Of a stretch of DNA of 64,000 nucleotides, positions 18,248-28,322 are shown one piece after another. Positions within the stretch are counted from its first letter, which is position 1. Every line of letters begins with the position of its first letter. Both the position numbers and the translations under genes were made by a program. Location: assembly GCA_902599655.1 (NCBI GenBank), contig CACKGC010000003.1, forward strand, positions 9,066 through 73,065. The letters run 5' to 3'. Below the pieces are notes generated by a model. The model worked only from the letters and a program-made list of their open reading frames with translations. It had not been told where the DNA came from and did not search any database. Source of the stretch: an uncultured Fidelibacterota bacterium (GTDB taxonomy: Bacteria; Fidelibacterota; Marinisomatia; Marinisomatales; Marinisomataceae).

Positions 18248-19212
18248 TTTTGGCTTTTAAAGAACTGCCAAATTAGCTCAGAGGTATTAATATCATGTCC
18301 CCAATTCCTATTCCACCATATATGACCTTCGTCTTCCAATGAATATAATTCTACAGCTTTGTCTTCATCACAATCATATGAAATCAACCTCTTTGTGATT
18401 TTTCCATCACCGTTGAAATCTGGCAAATTTATTTCTACTTGAGAATTACATTTATTATGAGTTTTCCAGAAATTATGCGCATCTCTTGCTGATAAACTCC
18501 ATTCAACGCCATCATAAGGAACCGTGCGATCTGAAGTTCCATGAAAATGAATAGTGCTGGTTTTTTTGGGTGGATTACATTGATAATACCCAGCCATTGA
18601 TCCAGTCACAGATCCAATACTATTAATTTCGTCTAACTCACAAGCTAATCTATAGCTCATAAAACCGCCAAGTGACATTCCAGAAGAAAAAATATTATTA
18701 CTATCAATATTATAGCTAGCTTTAAAATATTTAATTAGTGCTTTAAAAAAACCTACATCATCTACGCCAAGAAAACTTGCCACAACATTCACATTCCATC
18801 CTGTATTGCCAAACGAATCGGTTATTCCTTGTACATAAACGACAATAAAGTTTTCTTGATCAGCAATTTGATCAAATCCAGAATACTGTCTTATTATAGG
18901 AGCCTGACTAGTATAGCCATGCAATACAAAGACCAACGGTAAGGATTGCGTTTCATAATCAAAGTTTGGAGGAACATGAACTATAAAACTTCTTTGATAA
19001 TTATCGAAAGTAGTTGAAAAAGAGGCTGTTTGATCATCGTAAGAGGTAATGAGTTCAACATCTAGTTCAGGTATTGTTTGATTACCACCTCCTGTAAAAC
19101 CCCCTCCTCCTTGATTTTCATTATTATCGCTTAAAATATCTTCGGAACTAGCATCAGAAGAACAGTGGATAATAAATAAGGTTAAAAAAAATATTTTTAA
19201 AAATTTGTTCAT
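18244..19212 (-). CDS. Secreted alpha/beta-hydrolase esterase (PHB-depolymerase/LpqC-type family), probable lipoprotein
   Basis: Signal ...LFIIHCSS, Gly-rich linker NQGGGGFTGGGN, LVFVLHGY and GMSLGG (GxSxG) motifs. Confidence 0.6.
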   Translation of the reverse strand: MNKFLKIFFLTLFIIHCSSDASSEDILSDNNENQGGGGFTGGGNQTIPELDVELITSYDDQTASFSTTFDNYQRSFIVHVPPNFDYETQSLPLVFVLHGYTSQAPIIRQYSGFDQIADQENFIVVYVQGITDSFGNTGWNVNVVASFLGVDDVGFFKALIKYFKASYNIDSNNIFSSGMSLGGFMSYRLACELDEINSIGSVTGSMAGYYQCNPPKKTSTIHFHGTSDRTVPYDGVEWSLSARDAHNFWKTHNKCNSQVEINLPDFNGDGKITKRLISYDCDEDKAVELYSLEDEGHIWWNRNWGHDINTSELIWQFFKSQK

Positions 19213-19793
19213 ATTATTTCTTCTATGATTTGATCTATTTTACTAAAAAGCTCAAATTCTGATCCATTGTTTTCAATAACGTAATCAGAATATTCACTTT
19301 TTTCATCATCTTTCATTTGTAAGCGTATTCTATCTTTTATCGTTTCTTCCTCTAAATTATCTCTGTCAATTGCTCGCTTTAATCTTATTTTCTCATCTGC
19401 TATAACTAAAATTAGTTTGGCACCACTTTTTTGGTGTTGTTCAAATATTCCTGATTCAATAATCAATGCAGCATCTACAACAAAAATATTATGTAAAGCT
19501 TTTTTTTCATTAATTCTTTCTAAAATTAAATCACCTATCATAGGATGAATGATATTATTTATTTTTGCTTGTGATTCTGAGTTTTTAAATACTTTCTTGG
19601 CGATAGATGTGGCAGAAAATTCTTCAAGATCTGGAAACGCTTGAAGAATTTTATCTTTTACAAAAGATGATTGTAGTAGTGCTTTTGCTTCTTTGTCTGC
19701 ATCAAAAATATATGCATCGTACTTATCTTCTAAATATAAAGAAACTATGCTTTTCCCTGATGCTATACCACCAGTAATTCCAATTATCTTCAT
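19209..19793 (-). CDS. coaE: Dephospho-CoA kinase
   Basis: MKIIGITGGIASGKS P-loop and overall CoaE pattern; 194 aa. Confidence 0.85.
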   Translation of the reverse strand: MKIIGITGGIASGKSIVSLYLEDKYDAYIFDADKEAKALLQSSFVKDKILQAFPDLEEFSATSIAKKVFKNSESQAKINNIIHPMIGDLILERINEKKALHNIFVVDAALIIESGIFEQHQKSGAKLILVIADEKIRLKRAIDRDNLEEETIKDRIRLQMKDDEKSEYSDYVIENNGSEFELFSKIDQIIEEII

Positions 19794-20344
19794 TACGGAA
19801 TATGTTTTAAAATTCTTTCTGTAACTTCATCAATTGATCCATCACCATCAATATGAATAATGTTACTTTGATAAAACTCAATTAAAGGTGCTGTGAGCTC
19901 TAAATAAACATTTTGTCGATTTACAATTACCTCTTCTGTGTCATCAGCTCTTCCTGATTTTTTTGCTCTTTCAACTAATCTGGTGATTAAAACATTCTTA
20001 TCAACTTCGATGTTTATAATACTATCTATTGCTTGATTTAAAGATTGAAAAATTTTTGATAATCCTATTGCTTGAGGAATTGTTCTAGGGAAACCATCTA
20101 GTATGACTCCTGAATCTTTTAATTCGGTTAAGGTTGATTGCATCATTTCTAATAAAACCTCATCCGGAACAAGATTACCAGCGTTCATATAAGTTTGAGC
20201 TTTAAGCCCTACTTCAGAGGATTTATCAATCTCTTTTCTAAGGATATCTCCTGTTGATAGATGAACAAGGTTAAATTTCTTTGCTAAAATTTTGGCTTGG
20301 GTTCCTTTTCCTGCCCCTGGAGGTCCCATAATTAACAGCTTCAT
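19793..20344 (-). CDS. adk: Adenylate kinase (short-lid form)
   Basis: GPPGAGKGTQA, LSTGDILR, DGFPRT motifs; 183 aa, no Cys-rich lid. Confidence 0.95.
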   Translation of the reverse strand: MKLLIMGPPGAGKGTQAKILAKKFNLVHLSTGDILRKEIDKSSEVGLKAQTYMNAGNLVPDEVLLEMMQSTLTELKDSGVILDGFPRTIPQAIGLSKIFQSLNQAIDSIINIEVDKNVLITRLVERAKKSGRADDTEEVIVNRQNVYLELTAPLIEFYQSNIIHIDGDGSIDEVTERILKHIP

Positions 20345-20863
20345 TTAAATACCCTGTGATTTAGGTGGATCAAAAATTGCTTGCATAACGATTGCTAATT
20401 TGGTTGGCTTATTTTTTAACTTATGTTGTAATGTTAATAATTTTTGTTCAGAATGACTGGTAACCTGCTTTGTGGTGATGCGTGATTGTAAATGACTTAA
20501 ATGTTTATCTTTTATATTATAAGTACTCTTTAAATTCTGATTATAATTATCTTTATTTAAATCTTCTACTTCAGTATAGCTAGCTTGAACTGATTGTTTT
20601 GTCTGCCTTGAAATAAGCGAATCATCCTTTGATGGTTCAACAATATTTGAAGTTAAACTATCATCTAATTCTATTGCAGATTTCTCCATCGCTTCATCCA
20701 AAAATTCAAAAATATTAAAATCTGTTTTTGAAGTTTTATTTTCTGTTTGAGGCAATGGATCTGGAACTTGAAATTGTTCACCTTCTACCTTTTTCTGCCT
20801 ACTTCTGTAGGCAGAAAATAGATAAAATAGGAAAATTATTCCCCAATATATTAACTCTTCCAA
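20345..20863 (-). CDS. Hypothetical membrane-anchored protein
   Basis: 172-aa ORF abutting floA (2-nt gap) and adk (0-nt gap). It has one N-terminal hydrophobic helix followed by polar low-complexity sequence. No motif recognised. Confidence 0.5.
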   Translation of the reverse strand: MEELIYWGIIFLFYLFSAYRSRQKKVEGEQFQVPDPLPQTENKTSKTDFNIFEFLDEAMEKSAIELDDSLTSNIVEPSKDDSLISRQTKQSVQASYTEVEDLNKDNYNQNLKSTYNIKDKHLSHLQSRITTKQVTSHSEQKLLTLQHKLKNKPTKLAIVMQAIFDPPKSQGI

Positions 20864-20865
20864 AG

Positions 20866-21837
20866 TTAATCCTCTGATTCTTCTTTACTGTCATCTGTGA
20901 CACCAGCAATTGATTGTCTCATGCTAGTATCAGATGCAATATTGTCTAGCTTATAGTAGTCTAGTACACCAAGATTTCCTTTTTTGAATGCCTCGGCCAT
21001 AGCTAAAGGAACTTCAGATTCTGCTTCAACAACCTTAGCTTTCATTTCTTGCTCTAATGCAACAGCCATAGCTCTTCTAGTTTCTGCTTTAGCTTGAGCA
21101 ACTCTAAGATCTGCTTCTGCTTGGTCAGCTTGTAATTGCGCACCAATGTTTTTACCAACATCGATATCGGCAATATCAATAGAAAGAATTTCAAATGCTG
21201 TTCCTTTATTTAATCCTTTTTCTAGTACCGTTCTTGATATTGAATCAGGATTTTCTAAAACAGCTTCATATGTTTCTCTTGAACCAATAGCACTTACAAT
21301 ACCTTCACCAACTCTCGCAATAATAGTATCTTCAGTTGCACCTCCGACAAGGTTTGGTATATCGGTTCTAACAGTAACTCTAGCTCTTGCTCGCACTTCA
21401 ATACCATCCTTAGCAACTGCAGATAATTTTCCATCGATCGGGGCATCAATTACTTTTGGATATACGCTTGTTTGAACTGCTGACAATACATCTCTACCTG
21501 CTAGGTCAATTGCTGTTGCTATGGAATAAGTCAGTTCAATTCCTGCTTTTGAAGCGGCAATTAACGCATCAACAACTTTATCAACGTTACCACCAGCCAT
21601 GTAGTGTACCTCAAGATCGCTAGTTGATATATTATCAAGACCTGCTTTTCTTGCAGCAATTAAGCCATTGACAATAACTCCTGGTGGTACACGTCTAAAT
21701 CTCATACCAACAAGACCTAGAATAGTTACACTTCCTCCTCCAATACTAAAAATAGCTTGTAACCACAAACCAACTGGTACAATCCATAATAGTAATAAAA
21801 TAAATAATACTAACGGTATGGCAACATATAGTCCCAT
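20866..21837 (-). CDS. floA: Flotillin-like protein FloA (SPFH domain, YqfA/UPF0365 family)
   Basis: N-terminal membrane hairpin, [27 protein letters not shown] and the Ala/Glu-rich coiled C-terminal part typical of FloA. Confidence 0.85.
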   Translation of the reverse strand: MGLYVAIPLVLFILLLLWIVPVGLWLQAIFSIGGGSVTILGLVGMRFRRVPPGVIVNGLIAARKAGLDNISTSDLEVHYMAGGNVDKVVDALIAASKAGIELTYSIATAIDLAGRDVLSAVQTSVYPKVIDAPIDGKLSAVAKDGIEVRARARVTVRTDIPNLVGGATEDTIIARVGEGIVSAIGSRETYEAVLENPDSISRTVLEKGLNKGTAFEILSIDIADIDVGKNIGAQLQADQAEADLRVAQAKAETRRAMAVALEQEMKAKVVEAESEVPLAMAEAFKKGNLGVLDYYKLDNIASDTSMRQSIAGVTDDSKEESED

Positions 21838-21897
21838 TACTCCTCCTTCATATGTTTTATAAATAAATTTAAGTCTTTAGTAATTAAAATATTACAA

Positions 21898-23103
21898 CTA
21901 CTCAACTTTACTTCTGTTTTTAAAATTCTTTTTTAAGGTAGTTTTATTAGAATCACTGCTCACTATCTTTTGAAAAAACGCAGATTTACCAATTAATCTT
22001 AAAATAAAAATAATACCAAATATTCCTACAACAATTGCCCATGAAAATCCATTTAATGCTTCAGAATAGATTTCAGGACTTACAGGTACATCAGGTATTA
22101 ATAATAAGTATAACCCGTAAAACAAAACAATGATACCTGTGATACCAAATACTCCAAATCCAGGAATGGCAATAGCTTCAACAAATAATAATACAAGGCC
22201 CAATAAAATTATTAGAATATCAGTTGAAGATGCTAATTGAGTTAAATATCCGGCACCCAGCGCAAGTGTTAAACAAATGATACCAATAGTACCGCCTATA
22301 CCCCATCCGGCACTGTACAATTCAGAGATTACTCCAATCGTACCAAAAGTAGTTAACAGTGATGATACTGTAGGATTGGTTAATATTCTAACAATATTTT
22401 CAGACCAGTTTTCACCTACAGTTATTATCTCATAATCTTCTATTTGCAATGATGAAAGTACTTCTTCAATACTCTCACTTTTACCATCAGCAATTCCATA
22501 TTTCATTGCGAGCTCAGTAGTGAGTGTAATGAGCTTTCCTTCTTTCCTTCCTTCGATGTCATCTACCTGAAGAGTATCTCCTTCAACAATTAGATATTCA
22601 AAACTTAATTCTTCATCTACCATTCCACGTGCAATATCAGGATTTTTACCTGATTTTTCTGCAGTTGCAGCCATTTCTTCTCTCATATAACTTTGAGATT
22701 TTTCAGACTGCTTAGATCCCGACATATCAACAACGCTTGTAGCTCCAATCGTGGCTCCCCCAGTCATATAAATTTGATCGCAAGAAAGAGATATTAAGGA
22801 TCCAGCAGAAATAGCTCTTCGATTAATAAAAGCAATAGTTTCAATTTCCGTAGATGATATCGCATCCTTTATTTGTGTAGCAGCATCAACACGCCCACCA
22901 AAAGTATCGATATCAAAAATTATTAATGAGGCATTATCTGTCTCAGCTAAATTGATTGCACGGGTGACCAAGCCTGGTATACCAAGATCAATTACATCCT
23001 GAATAGGCACAACATATACTTTCTTACTTGTTTGTTCTGCAAAAATAAATGCAGAAAATAAAAAAGTAATGCCGATTAATATGTTCTTAAATTTTGTTTT
23101 CAT
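21898..23103 (-). CDS. nfeD: NfeD-family membrane-bound ClpP-class serine protease
   Basis: Signal peptide, VYVVPIQDVIDLGIPGLVTRAI, RAISAGSLISL serine region, followed by several C-terminal TM helices. Sits directly upstream of floA, as in yqeZ-yqfA operons. Confidence 0.8.
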   Translation of the reverse strand: MKTKFKNILIGITFLFSAFIFAEQTSKKVYVVPIQDVIDLGIPGLVTRAINLAETDNASLIIFDIDTFGGRVDAATQIKDAISSTEIETIAFINRRAISAGSLISLSCDQIYMTGGATIGATSVVDMSGSKQSEKSQSYMREEMAATAEKSGKNPDIARGMVDEELSFEYLIVEGDTLQVDDIEGRKEGKLITLTTELAMKYGIADGKSESIEEVLSSLQIEDYEIITVGENWSENIVRILTNPTVSSLLTTFGTIGVISELYSAGWGIGGTIGIICLTLALGAGYLTQLASSTDILIILLGLVLLFVEAIAIPGFGVFGITGIIVLFYGLYLLLIPDVPVSPEIYSEALNGFSWAIVVGIFGIIFILRLIGKSAFFQKIVSSDSNKTTLKKNFKNRSKVE

Positions 23104-23125
23104 TGCTAATTCAAAGATTTACATT

Positions 23126-23962
23126 ATGGAGATGTATTTTTTTTTAAAAGTGTTTTCTTTTTACTTAAGAAATGCTCCAACATTTGCTTATAAAATTACC
23201 TATAAAATAATTTATAGTCTACTATTCCATGTGCTAAAAATGAGACAAAAAACAGTATTAATTAATCTTCGATGGGCTTTTCCAGATAAAAATGAAGAGT
23301 GGTACAAAAAAACAATGAAGCAGTGCTATAAATTTTTTACTAAAGAATTTTTAGATTTTATATCATTTCCAAAAAATTATAGCTCAAGTAAAGTAAAATT
23401 TAAAAATCTAGACGTTTTATCAGCAGCACATGCAATGAAAAAAGGAATTATACTTGTTGGATCTCATTATGGTTCTTTTGATAAACTATTTTATGCACTA
23501 AGTCAGGAAGAGTACAATTTAACTGGTGTTGCCTATAAACAGAATAACAGTGGTGCTGATATTTTTTTTAAACAAATAAGAGAGAATTTTATGGACGACC
23601 AGCTTTACAAAGGTGGGGATGTAAAGCAGCTAAAGAATTCACTAGTTAAAAATAATATTTTAATTTTATTAAGTGATCAAGATGCTAAGAAAAAAGGGGT
23701 TATGGCTAAATTTTTTGGAATTGATTCATCAACACACTCTGGGGCTGCTATACTAAGCAAAAGAAATAAAAGTCCTATTATCTATGCAAGCATTACGTGC
23801 AAAAACAATATTTATGAAGTGGATTTTGTAAAAATTGATACTTCAGGTAGTATCAATGATATCGTACAGCAGTATACATCAGAAATTGAAAAAACAATTA
23901 TCAATAATCCGGAGCAATATTTTTGGTTTCATAAAAGATGGAAGTCAGTCAGGGCATACTAA
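23126..23962 (+). CDS. Lipid A biosynthesis (Kdo2-lipid IVA) acyltransferase family protein, LpxL/HtrB-like
   Basis: C-terminal PEQYFWFHKRWK signature and overall LpxL-like layout. ATG 23126 is chosen because the longer ORF (23069) overlaps the nfeD start. Confidence 0.65.
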   Translation: MEMYFFLKVFSFYLRNAPTFAYKITYKIIYSLLFHVLKMRQKTVLINLRWAFPDKNEEWYKKTMKQCYKFFTKEFLDFISFPKNYSSSKVKFKNLDVLSAAHAMKKGIILVGSHYGSFDKLFYALSQEEYNLTGVAYKQNNSGADIFFKQIRENFMDDQLYKGGDVKQLKNSLVKNNILILLSDQDAKKKGVMAKFFGIDSSTHSGAAILSKRNKSPIIYASITCKNNIYEVDFVKIDTSGSINDIVQQYTSEIEKTIINNPEQYFWFHKRWKSVRAY

Positions 23963-24525
23963 TGAAGAGATTTAAAATAGATCATCCTGATGCAAAAGAG
24001 ATATTCATCAATGCAATACATGATAATCAAGTCATTGCTTATCCAACGGATACCATATATGGTTTAGGTACTGCAATGAATAATGATGAAGGAATTGAAA
24101 GAATAAATCGGATGAAAATGCGAGAACAGCCAATGAGTATTGCATTGGGAAGCTTTAATGTTATTAAAAATCAAATTATAGCCAATGAAAATGCAATGAT
24201 TGAAATAAAAGAAATTCTCAAAGATGGTAGTACCTGCATTGCACCATATATTCCTGGATCATTAAATGATAAAATTGCTAAAGATGGTAAAATAGGCTTT
24301 AGAATCCCTAATCATGAATATCTAAAAAATGTATTAAATGAATATCAGCAACCTATTACAACCACCAGTATTAATAAAACAGGATCTGAACCATTATATA
24401 TTCCAGACGAGATTGAAGAACAGTTTGGTGATAAAATTGATTTGTTAATTGATGATGGAATAATCAAAAATAGTCCTTCAAAAATTTTTATATTTGAAAA
24501 GAACGAAATAAAACGAATACGTTAA
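23962..24525 (+). CDS. tsaC: L-threonylcarbamoyladenylate synthase (TsaC/YrdC family)
   Basis: VIAYPTDTIYGLG and KMREQPMSIALGS motifs. TAATG overlap with the upstream stop at 23960-23962. Confidence 0.8.
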   Translation: MKRFKIDHPDAKEIFINAIHDNQVIAYPTDTIYGLGTAMNNDEGIERINRMKMREQPMSIALGSFNVIKNQIIANENAMIEIKEILKDGSTCIAPYIPGSLNDKIAKDGKIGFRIPNHEYLKNVLNEYQQPITTTSINKTGSEPLYIPDEIEEQFGDKIDLLIDDGIIKNSPSKIFIFEKNEIKRIR

Positions 24526-25242
24526 ATGAAATTAATTATAATCCTTGTTTTAAGCTCATTTTCATTAATGGCAAATAGCCAAAATGATCGTTTTGACTCC
24601 AAAGTAAAATATGAATATAACGTATATCTTGAAGTATTAAATCTAAAACTAGGAGAAGCTTCTTTATCAATAAAGGCTCCAGGAAATATAGATGGAATAA
24701 ATGTTTACCACTTAAATTTTAATGTTCGTACCACTAAGTTGGGAGACACAATATATAAAATCCGAAATAAAATCGATGTTTGGGTTAACCAGGAAACTCT
24801 GAATGTAGTAAAGCAAAATAAAAATATAAGGGAGCTTCGCAAAAAGAAGAATTCTGAAACTATTATCAGAAATCAAAAAGGAATCTCAAATGGTAAGGAA
24901 TTTATTGTAAAAGACAACGTTTTTGATCCATACTCACTAATATTAATTTTATCAGAATTTGATATACCAATTAATCAATCTAAAGAGTTTAATATCGTTG
25001 ATGCTGGTAAAAGCAGAATAATAGAAATTAAAAATCTTGGTACACAAACAATTAGAACACCGTATGGAAACAAGCAGGGATATACTTTATCTCCGGTGAA
25101 AAATGGACAACCAGTTCTTAAAAATAAAGGTGATATGGAAGTAAGTTATGTGTCGATTAATGATACCTTAGTTCCAGCTAAGATATTGATAAAACTTGGT
25201 AGCGGGGTTATCGAATTAAGACTTAAAAAAATACGCGAATAA
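24526..25242 (+). CDS. DUF3108-like secreted protein (tentative)
   Basis: Signal peptide and beta-rich sequence. YEYNVYLEVLNLKLGEASLSI...YHLNF pattern recalled from DUF3108. Memory-based only. Confidence 0.45.
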   Translation: MKLIIILVLSSFSLMANSQNDRFDSKVKYEYNVYLEVLNLKLGEASLSIKAPGNIDGINVYHLNFNVRTTKLGDTIYKIRNKIDVWVNQETLNVVKQNKNIRELRKKKNSETIIRNQKGISNGKEFIVKDNVFDPYSLILILSEFDIPINQSKEFNIVDAGKSRIIEIKNLGTQTIRTPYGNKQGYTLSPVKNGQPVLKNKGDMEVSYVSINDTLVPAKILIKLGSGVIELRLKKIRE

Positions 25243-26395
25243 TATCATTTAAAAGCAAAAACACCATTAATGATAATAGTATAAACATTCCTACTGATTG
25301 AATTCGTATCCTAGCCTTTACAGATAGTTTTCTGCCCATTAAAACTTCAATGAGTATTAAAGCAATATGTCCCCCATCTAATCCAGGTATAGGTAAAATA
25401 TTTATGTATGCAAGATTAACGCTAATCAAAGCCATTAGAAAAAGAAAGGGTACTAAGCCTGCTTGTGCTGCTTGGCCTGCCATATCACCAATCATTATTA
25501 CACTTCCAACCTCATCTCGTGATACGTTTCCTTGAAAAATCATTTTTAGTGATGAAGTCATTAAGGTCATTGCCCAAGTCGTTTCATTGAAACCGTACAC
25601 AACTGACTCTTGAAAATTTAATTCAACTGGAACTTGAGACTTTGACACCCCCAATGTACCAACCTGTTGATCAACTCTTCCTGTGGATAAATTTGGTCTA
25701 GATCCCAAAGAAGCTTCCAAAAATAATATTTCTCCACTTCGCTCTATAACGATTGGTATTGTTTCATTTGGGTGTTGTGAAATATTTGCAACAGCTTCAT
25801 TCCAAGTTTCAACCTCAACATTATCAATAGATATTATTTTATCACCAGCTATAATCCCTGCAAGCTCAGCCGATTGTTCAGGTACCACATAGTCTATGAC
25901 AGTGTCATTAGTTTCAACTTTTGTGTCGCCTTGCAGATTCCCAATTAAAACAAATACAAAAAATGTTAATATCAAGTTCATAATGACGCCAGCGCTCATC
26001 ACCCATATTTTTTGTAGGGCATTTTTAGATTCAAGTTCGTCATCAGCACCTTTAAATTCGCTATCCATACTTTCATCTAAGATACCTTTCATTTTTACAT
26101 ACCCACCTAAGGGCAGTAATCCAATTGTATATATTGTTTCTGATGGTGAATTAAATGAACTAAAAGTTGTGGAAAATACCTTTTCCCACTTAATTTTTTT
26201 ATCCTGAAGGCCAAAAAAGTAAATATCTACCACTAAACCCTTTTCCGTTTTTGTAAAATCAATAAAATTTGGTGGCATACCAACGGAGAAGCGTTCTACT
26301 CCGACACCGACGCTTCTTGCAGCCCAAAAGTGTCCAAGCTCATGAACAAAAACAATTACGCCGATTAATACTATAAATGCTAAGATATATATCAT
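25223..26395 (-). CDS. rseP: RIP site-2 zinc metalloprotease
   Basis: HELGHFWAAR (HExxH), a central PDZ-like domain, and NILPIPGLDGGH (NxxPxxxLDG). Confidence 0.85.
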   Translation of the reverse strand: MIYILAFIVLIGVIVFVHELGHFWAARSVGVGVERFSVGMPPNFIDFTKTEKGLVVDIYFFGLQDKKIKWEKVFSTTFSSFNSPSETIYTIGLLPLGGYVKMKGILDESMDSEFKGADDELESKNALQKIWVMSAGVIMNLILTFFVFVLIGNLQGDTKVETNDTVIDYVVPEQSAELAGIIAGDKIISIDNVEVETWNEAVANISQHPNETIPIVIERSGEILFLEASLGSRPNLSTGRVDQQVGTLGVSKSQVPVELNFQESVVYGFNETTWAMTLMTSSLKMIFQGNVSRDEVGSVIMIGDMAGQAAQAGLVPFLFLMALISVNLAYINILPIPGLDGGHIALILIEVLMGRKLSVKARIRIQSVGMFILLSLMVFLLLNDIIRVFF

Positions 26396-26401
26396 ATTAT
26401 T

Positions 26402-27535
26402 TTAATTAGGGTCCAAATATAATTGAATATTTTTATCTAAAATAAATAATTCTTCTAAAGAAGGTAAATCATCGGAAGCAAATTCATCAACAACTTCTTT
26501 AATTAAAGAGAATATTTCATTAAAAGAAATTTTTTGATCAAGAAATTTCTGAACAATATAATCATTGGCCATACTCATTGCAGCTACTCTATTTCCACCT
26601 AAGTTAATTAGCTCTTCAACAAGCGATAAAATTGGGTACCTATCCAAGTCTGGTTTTTTAAAATCTAAATTTAAATTATCAAAATCTAAGCTTCCTACAG
26701 AGGAATCTTTTCTTTCAGGAAAAGTTAATGCATACTGAATAGGAACTTTCATATCAGGCAAACCTAGGTGAGCTTTGTAAGAACCATCAACAAACTCAAC
26801 CATTGAATGTACAATAGACTGTGGATGAATAGTAATTTGTATCTTATCAAGCTTTATATTGAATAGCCACAATGCTTCGACTAACTCTAATGCTTTATTC
26901 ATCATCGTTGCAGAATCAATTGATATTTTTGCTCCCATGTCCCAATTGGGGTGTTTTAGTGCTTCGCTGGGTGTAATAGCATCAAATTCATGAATCGGTT
27001 TGTTGAGAAAAGGCCCTCCACTGCCAGTAAGAATAATTTTTTTTAATTCTTTTTGATTTTCGCCATTCAAGCATTGAAAAATAGCTGAGTGCTCACTATC
27101 AACAGGAATTATATTTACATTTTTTTTGTTAGCCAACGGCATAATAAGATGACCTCCAAGCACTAATGACTCTTTATTACTTAAAGCGATATCAACACCG
27201 TTCTTAATTAATTCGATTGTAGGTCGCAAACCAGAAGTACCAACGATTGCATTAATTGCTAAATCTAAATTGTTAAATGGTATATTGCTTGAAGCACCAT
27301 TACCAGTTATAAGTTCAATATTATTTTTTTTACATAGATTGAAAAGATTATGGGAAGAATCAATCACATCAATTGCAACAAAATCAGGTGAGTATTTTTT
27401 AGTTTGTTCAAAAAGAAGATCAGCATTAGAGTAACAAGTAAGACCAATCACTTTGTGAGAATTATTTTTCGAAATTACATCTAATGATTGAATCCCAATC
27501 GATCCTGTAGAGCCCATTACAACAATATTTTTCAT
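26402..27535 (-). CDS. dxr: 1-deoxy-D-xylulose 5-phosphate reductoisomerase
   Basis: VMGSTGSIGIQSLDV, PVDSEHSAIFQC, HPNWDMG motifs; 377 aa. Confidence 0.95.
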   Translation of the reverse strand: MKNIVVMGSTGSIGIQSLDVISKNNSHKVIGLTCYSNADLLFEQTKKYSPDFVAIDVIDSSHNLFNLCKKNNIELITGNGASSNIPFNNLDLAINAIVGTSGLRPTIELIKNGVDIALSNKESLVLGGHLIMPLANKKNVNIIPVDSEHSAIFQCLNGENQKELKKIILTGSGGPFLNKPIHEFDAITPSEALKHPNWDMGAKISIDSATMMNKALELVEALWLFNIKLDKIQITIHPQSIVHSMVEFVDGSYKAHLGLPDMKVPIQYALTFPERKDSSVGSLDFDNLNLDFKKPDLDRYPILSLVEELINLGGNRVAAMSMANDYIVQKFLDQKISFNEIFSLIKEVVDEFASDDLPSLEELFILDKNIQLYLDPN

Positions 27536-27543
27536 CAGATGTA

Positions 27544-28314
27544 TTAAATGATGCCTCGCTTACTAGAATCATAAAAGTGAAGAATTTCATTGATATGCTT
27601 ACTATCAGAAAACTCTTCTTTGACTCTAGCAAGAGCATCTGATTGATTTAAATCAGATCTAAAAAGGTACCTGTAAGCTTTTTTAATTTCAGATTTTTCA
27701 TCATCTGAAAAACCTCTTCTGCTCAAACCTAAAGAGTTAATACCAGAATATTGAACTGGATGTTTACCAGCAAGTATAAACGGAGGTACATCTTGTACAA
27801 GTTTTGAGTTTGCTGCCACCATAGCATGTTTTCCAATTTTACAAAATTGGTGCGCATTGCTTGCTCCACCCAAAATTGCCCAATCATCAATTTCTACATG
27901 ACCACCTAATGCAACTAGGTTTACTAAAATAACATTATTGCCAATAATGCAGTCATGTGCAACATGAACACCGGTCATAATTAATACATCCTCACCAATT
28001 CTAGTTTCTCCTGTTGCATTTGTTCCTCTATTTAAGGTCACAAACTCTCTAATAATTGTTCTATCACCGATAATTAATTTTGTATCCTCACCGCCAAATT
28101 TTTTATCTTGAGGAATTGCACCAATACTACTGTTATTTACTATATGACAATCATTTCCGATCTCTGTAAACTGAGAAATAGTATTAAAATTTCCAATCTT
28201 TACGTTGTCACCAATTATAACATTATCTTCAATTACGTTATAAGGTCCAATCTCAACATTATTACCAATTTTGGCTGAGCTTGATATAATATTTGTTTGG
28301 TGTATCTTGCTAAT
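27544..28314 (-). CDS. lpxA: Acyl-ACP:UDP-N-acetylglucosamine O-acyltransferase, apparent non-canonical ATT start
   Basis: The tracked ORF (27544-28041, GTG) covers only the C-terminal 165 aa. The same frame is open up to 28329 and encodes SKIHQTNIISSSAKIGNNVEIGPYNVIEDNVIIGDNVKIGNF..., the conserved LpxA hexapeptide N-terminus. There is no ATG/GTG/TTG in that stretch. ATT at 28314-28312 lies 5 nt after AGGAG (28324-28320). Confidence 0.8.
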   Translation of the reverse strand: MSKIHQTNIISSSAKIGNNVEIGPYNVIEDNVIIGDNVKIGNFNTISQFTEIGNDCHIVNNSSIGAIPQDKKFGGEDTKLIIGDRTIIREFVTLNRGTNATGETRIGEDVLIMTGVHVAHDCIIGNNVILVNLVALGGHVEIDDWAILGGASNAHQFCKIGKHAMVAANSKLVQDVPPFILAGKHPVQYSGINSLGLSRRGFSDDEKSEIKKAYRYLFRSDLNQSDALARVKEEFSDSKHINEILHFYDSSKRGII

Positions 28315-28322
28315 TTTATCTC

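Noticed and set aside
21146-21475. 109-aa plus-strand ORF inside floA
   Set aside because: It is antisense to the conserved FloA coding frame, with Ser/Pro/Thr-rich shadow-frame composition.
25896-26207. 103-aa plus-strand ORF (and neighbours 25350-25535, 25683-25892) inside rseP
   Set aside because: All are antisense to rseP, whose HExxH, PDZ and LDG motifs confirm the minus-strand frame.
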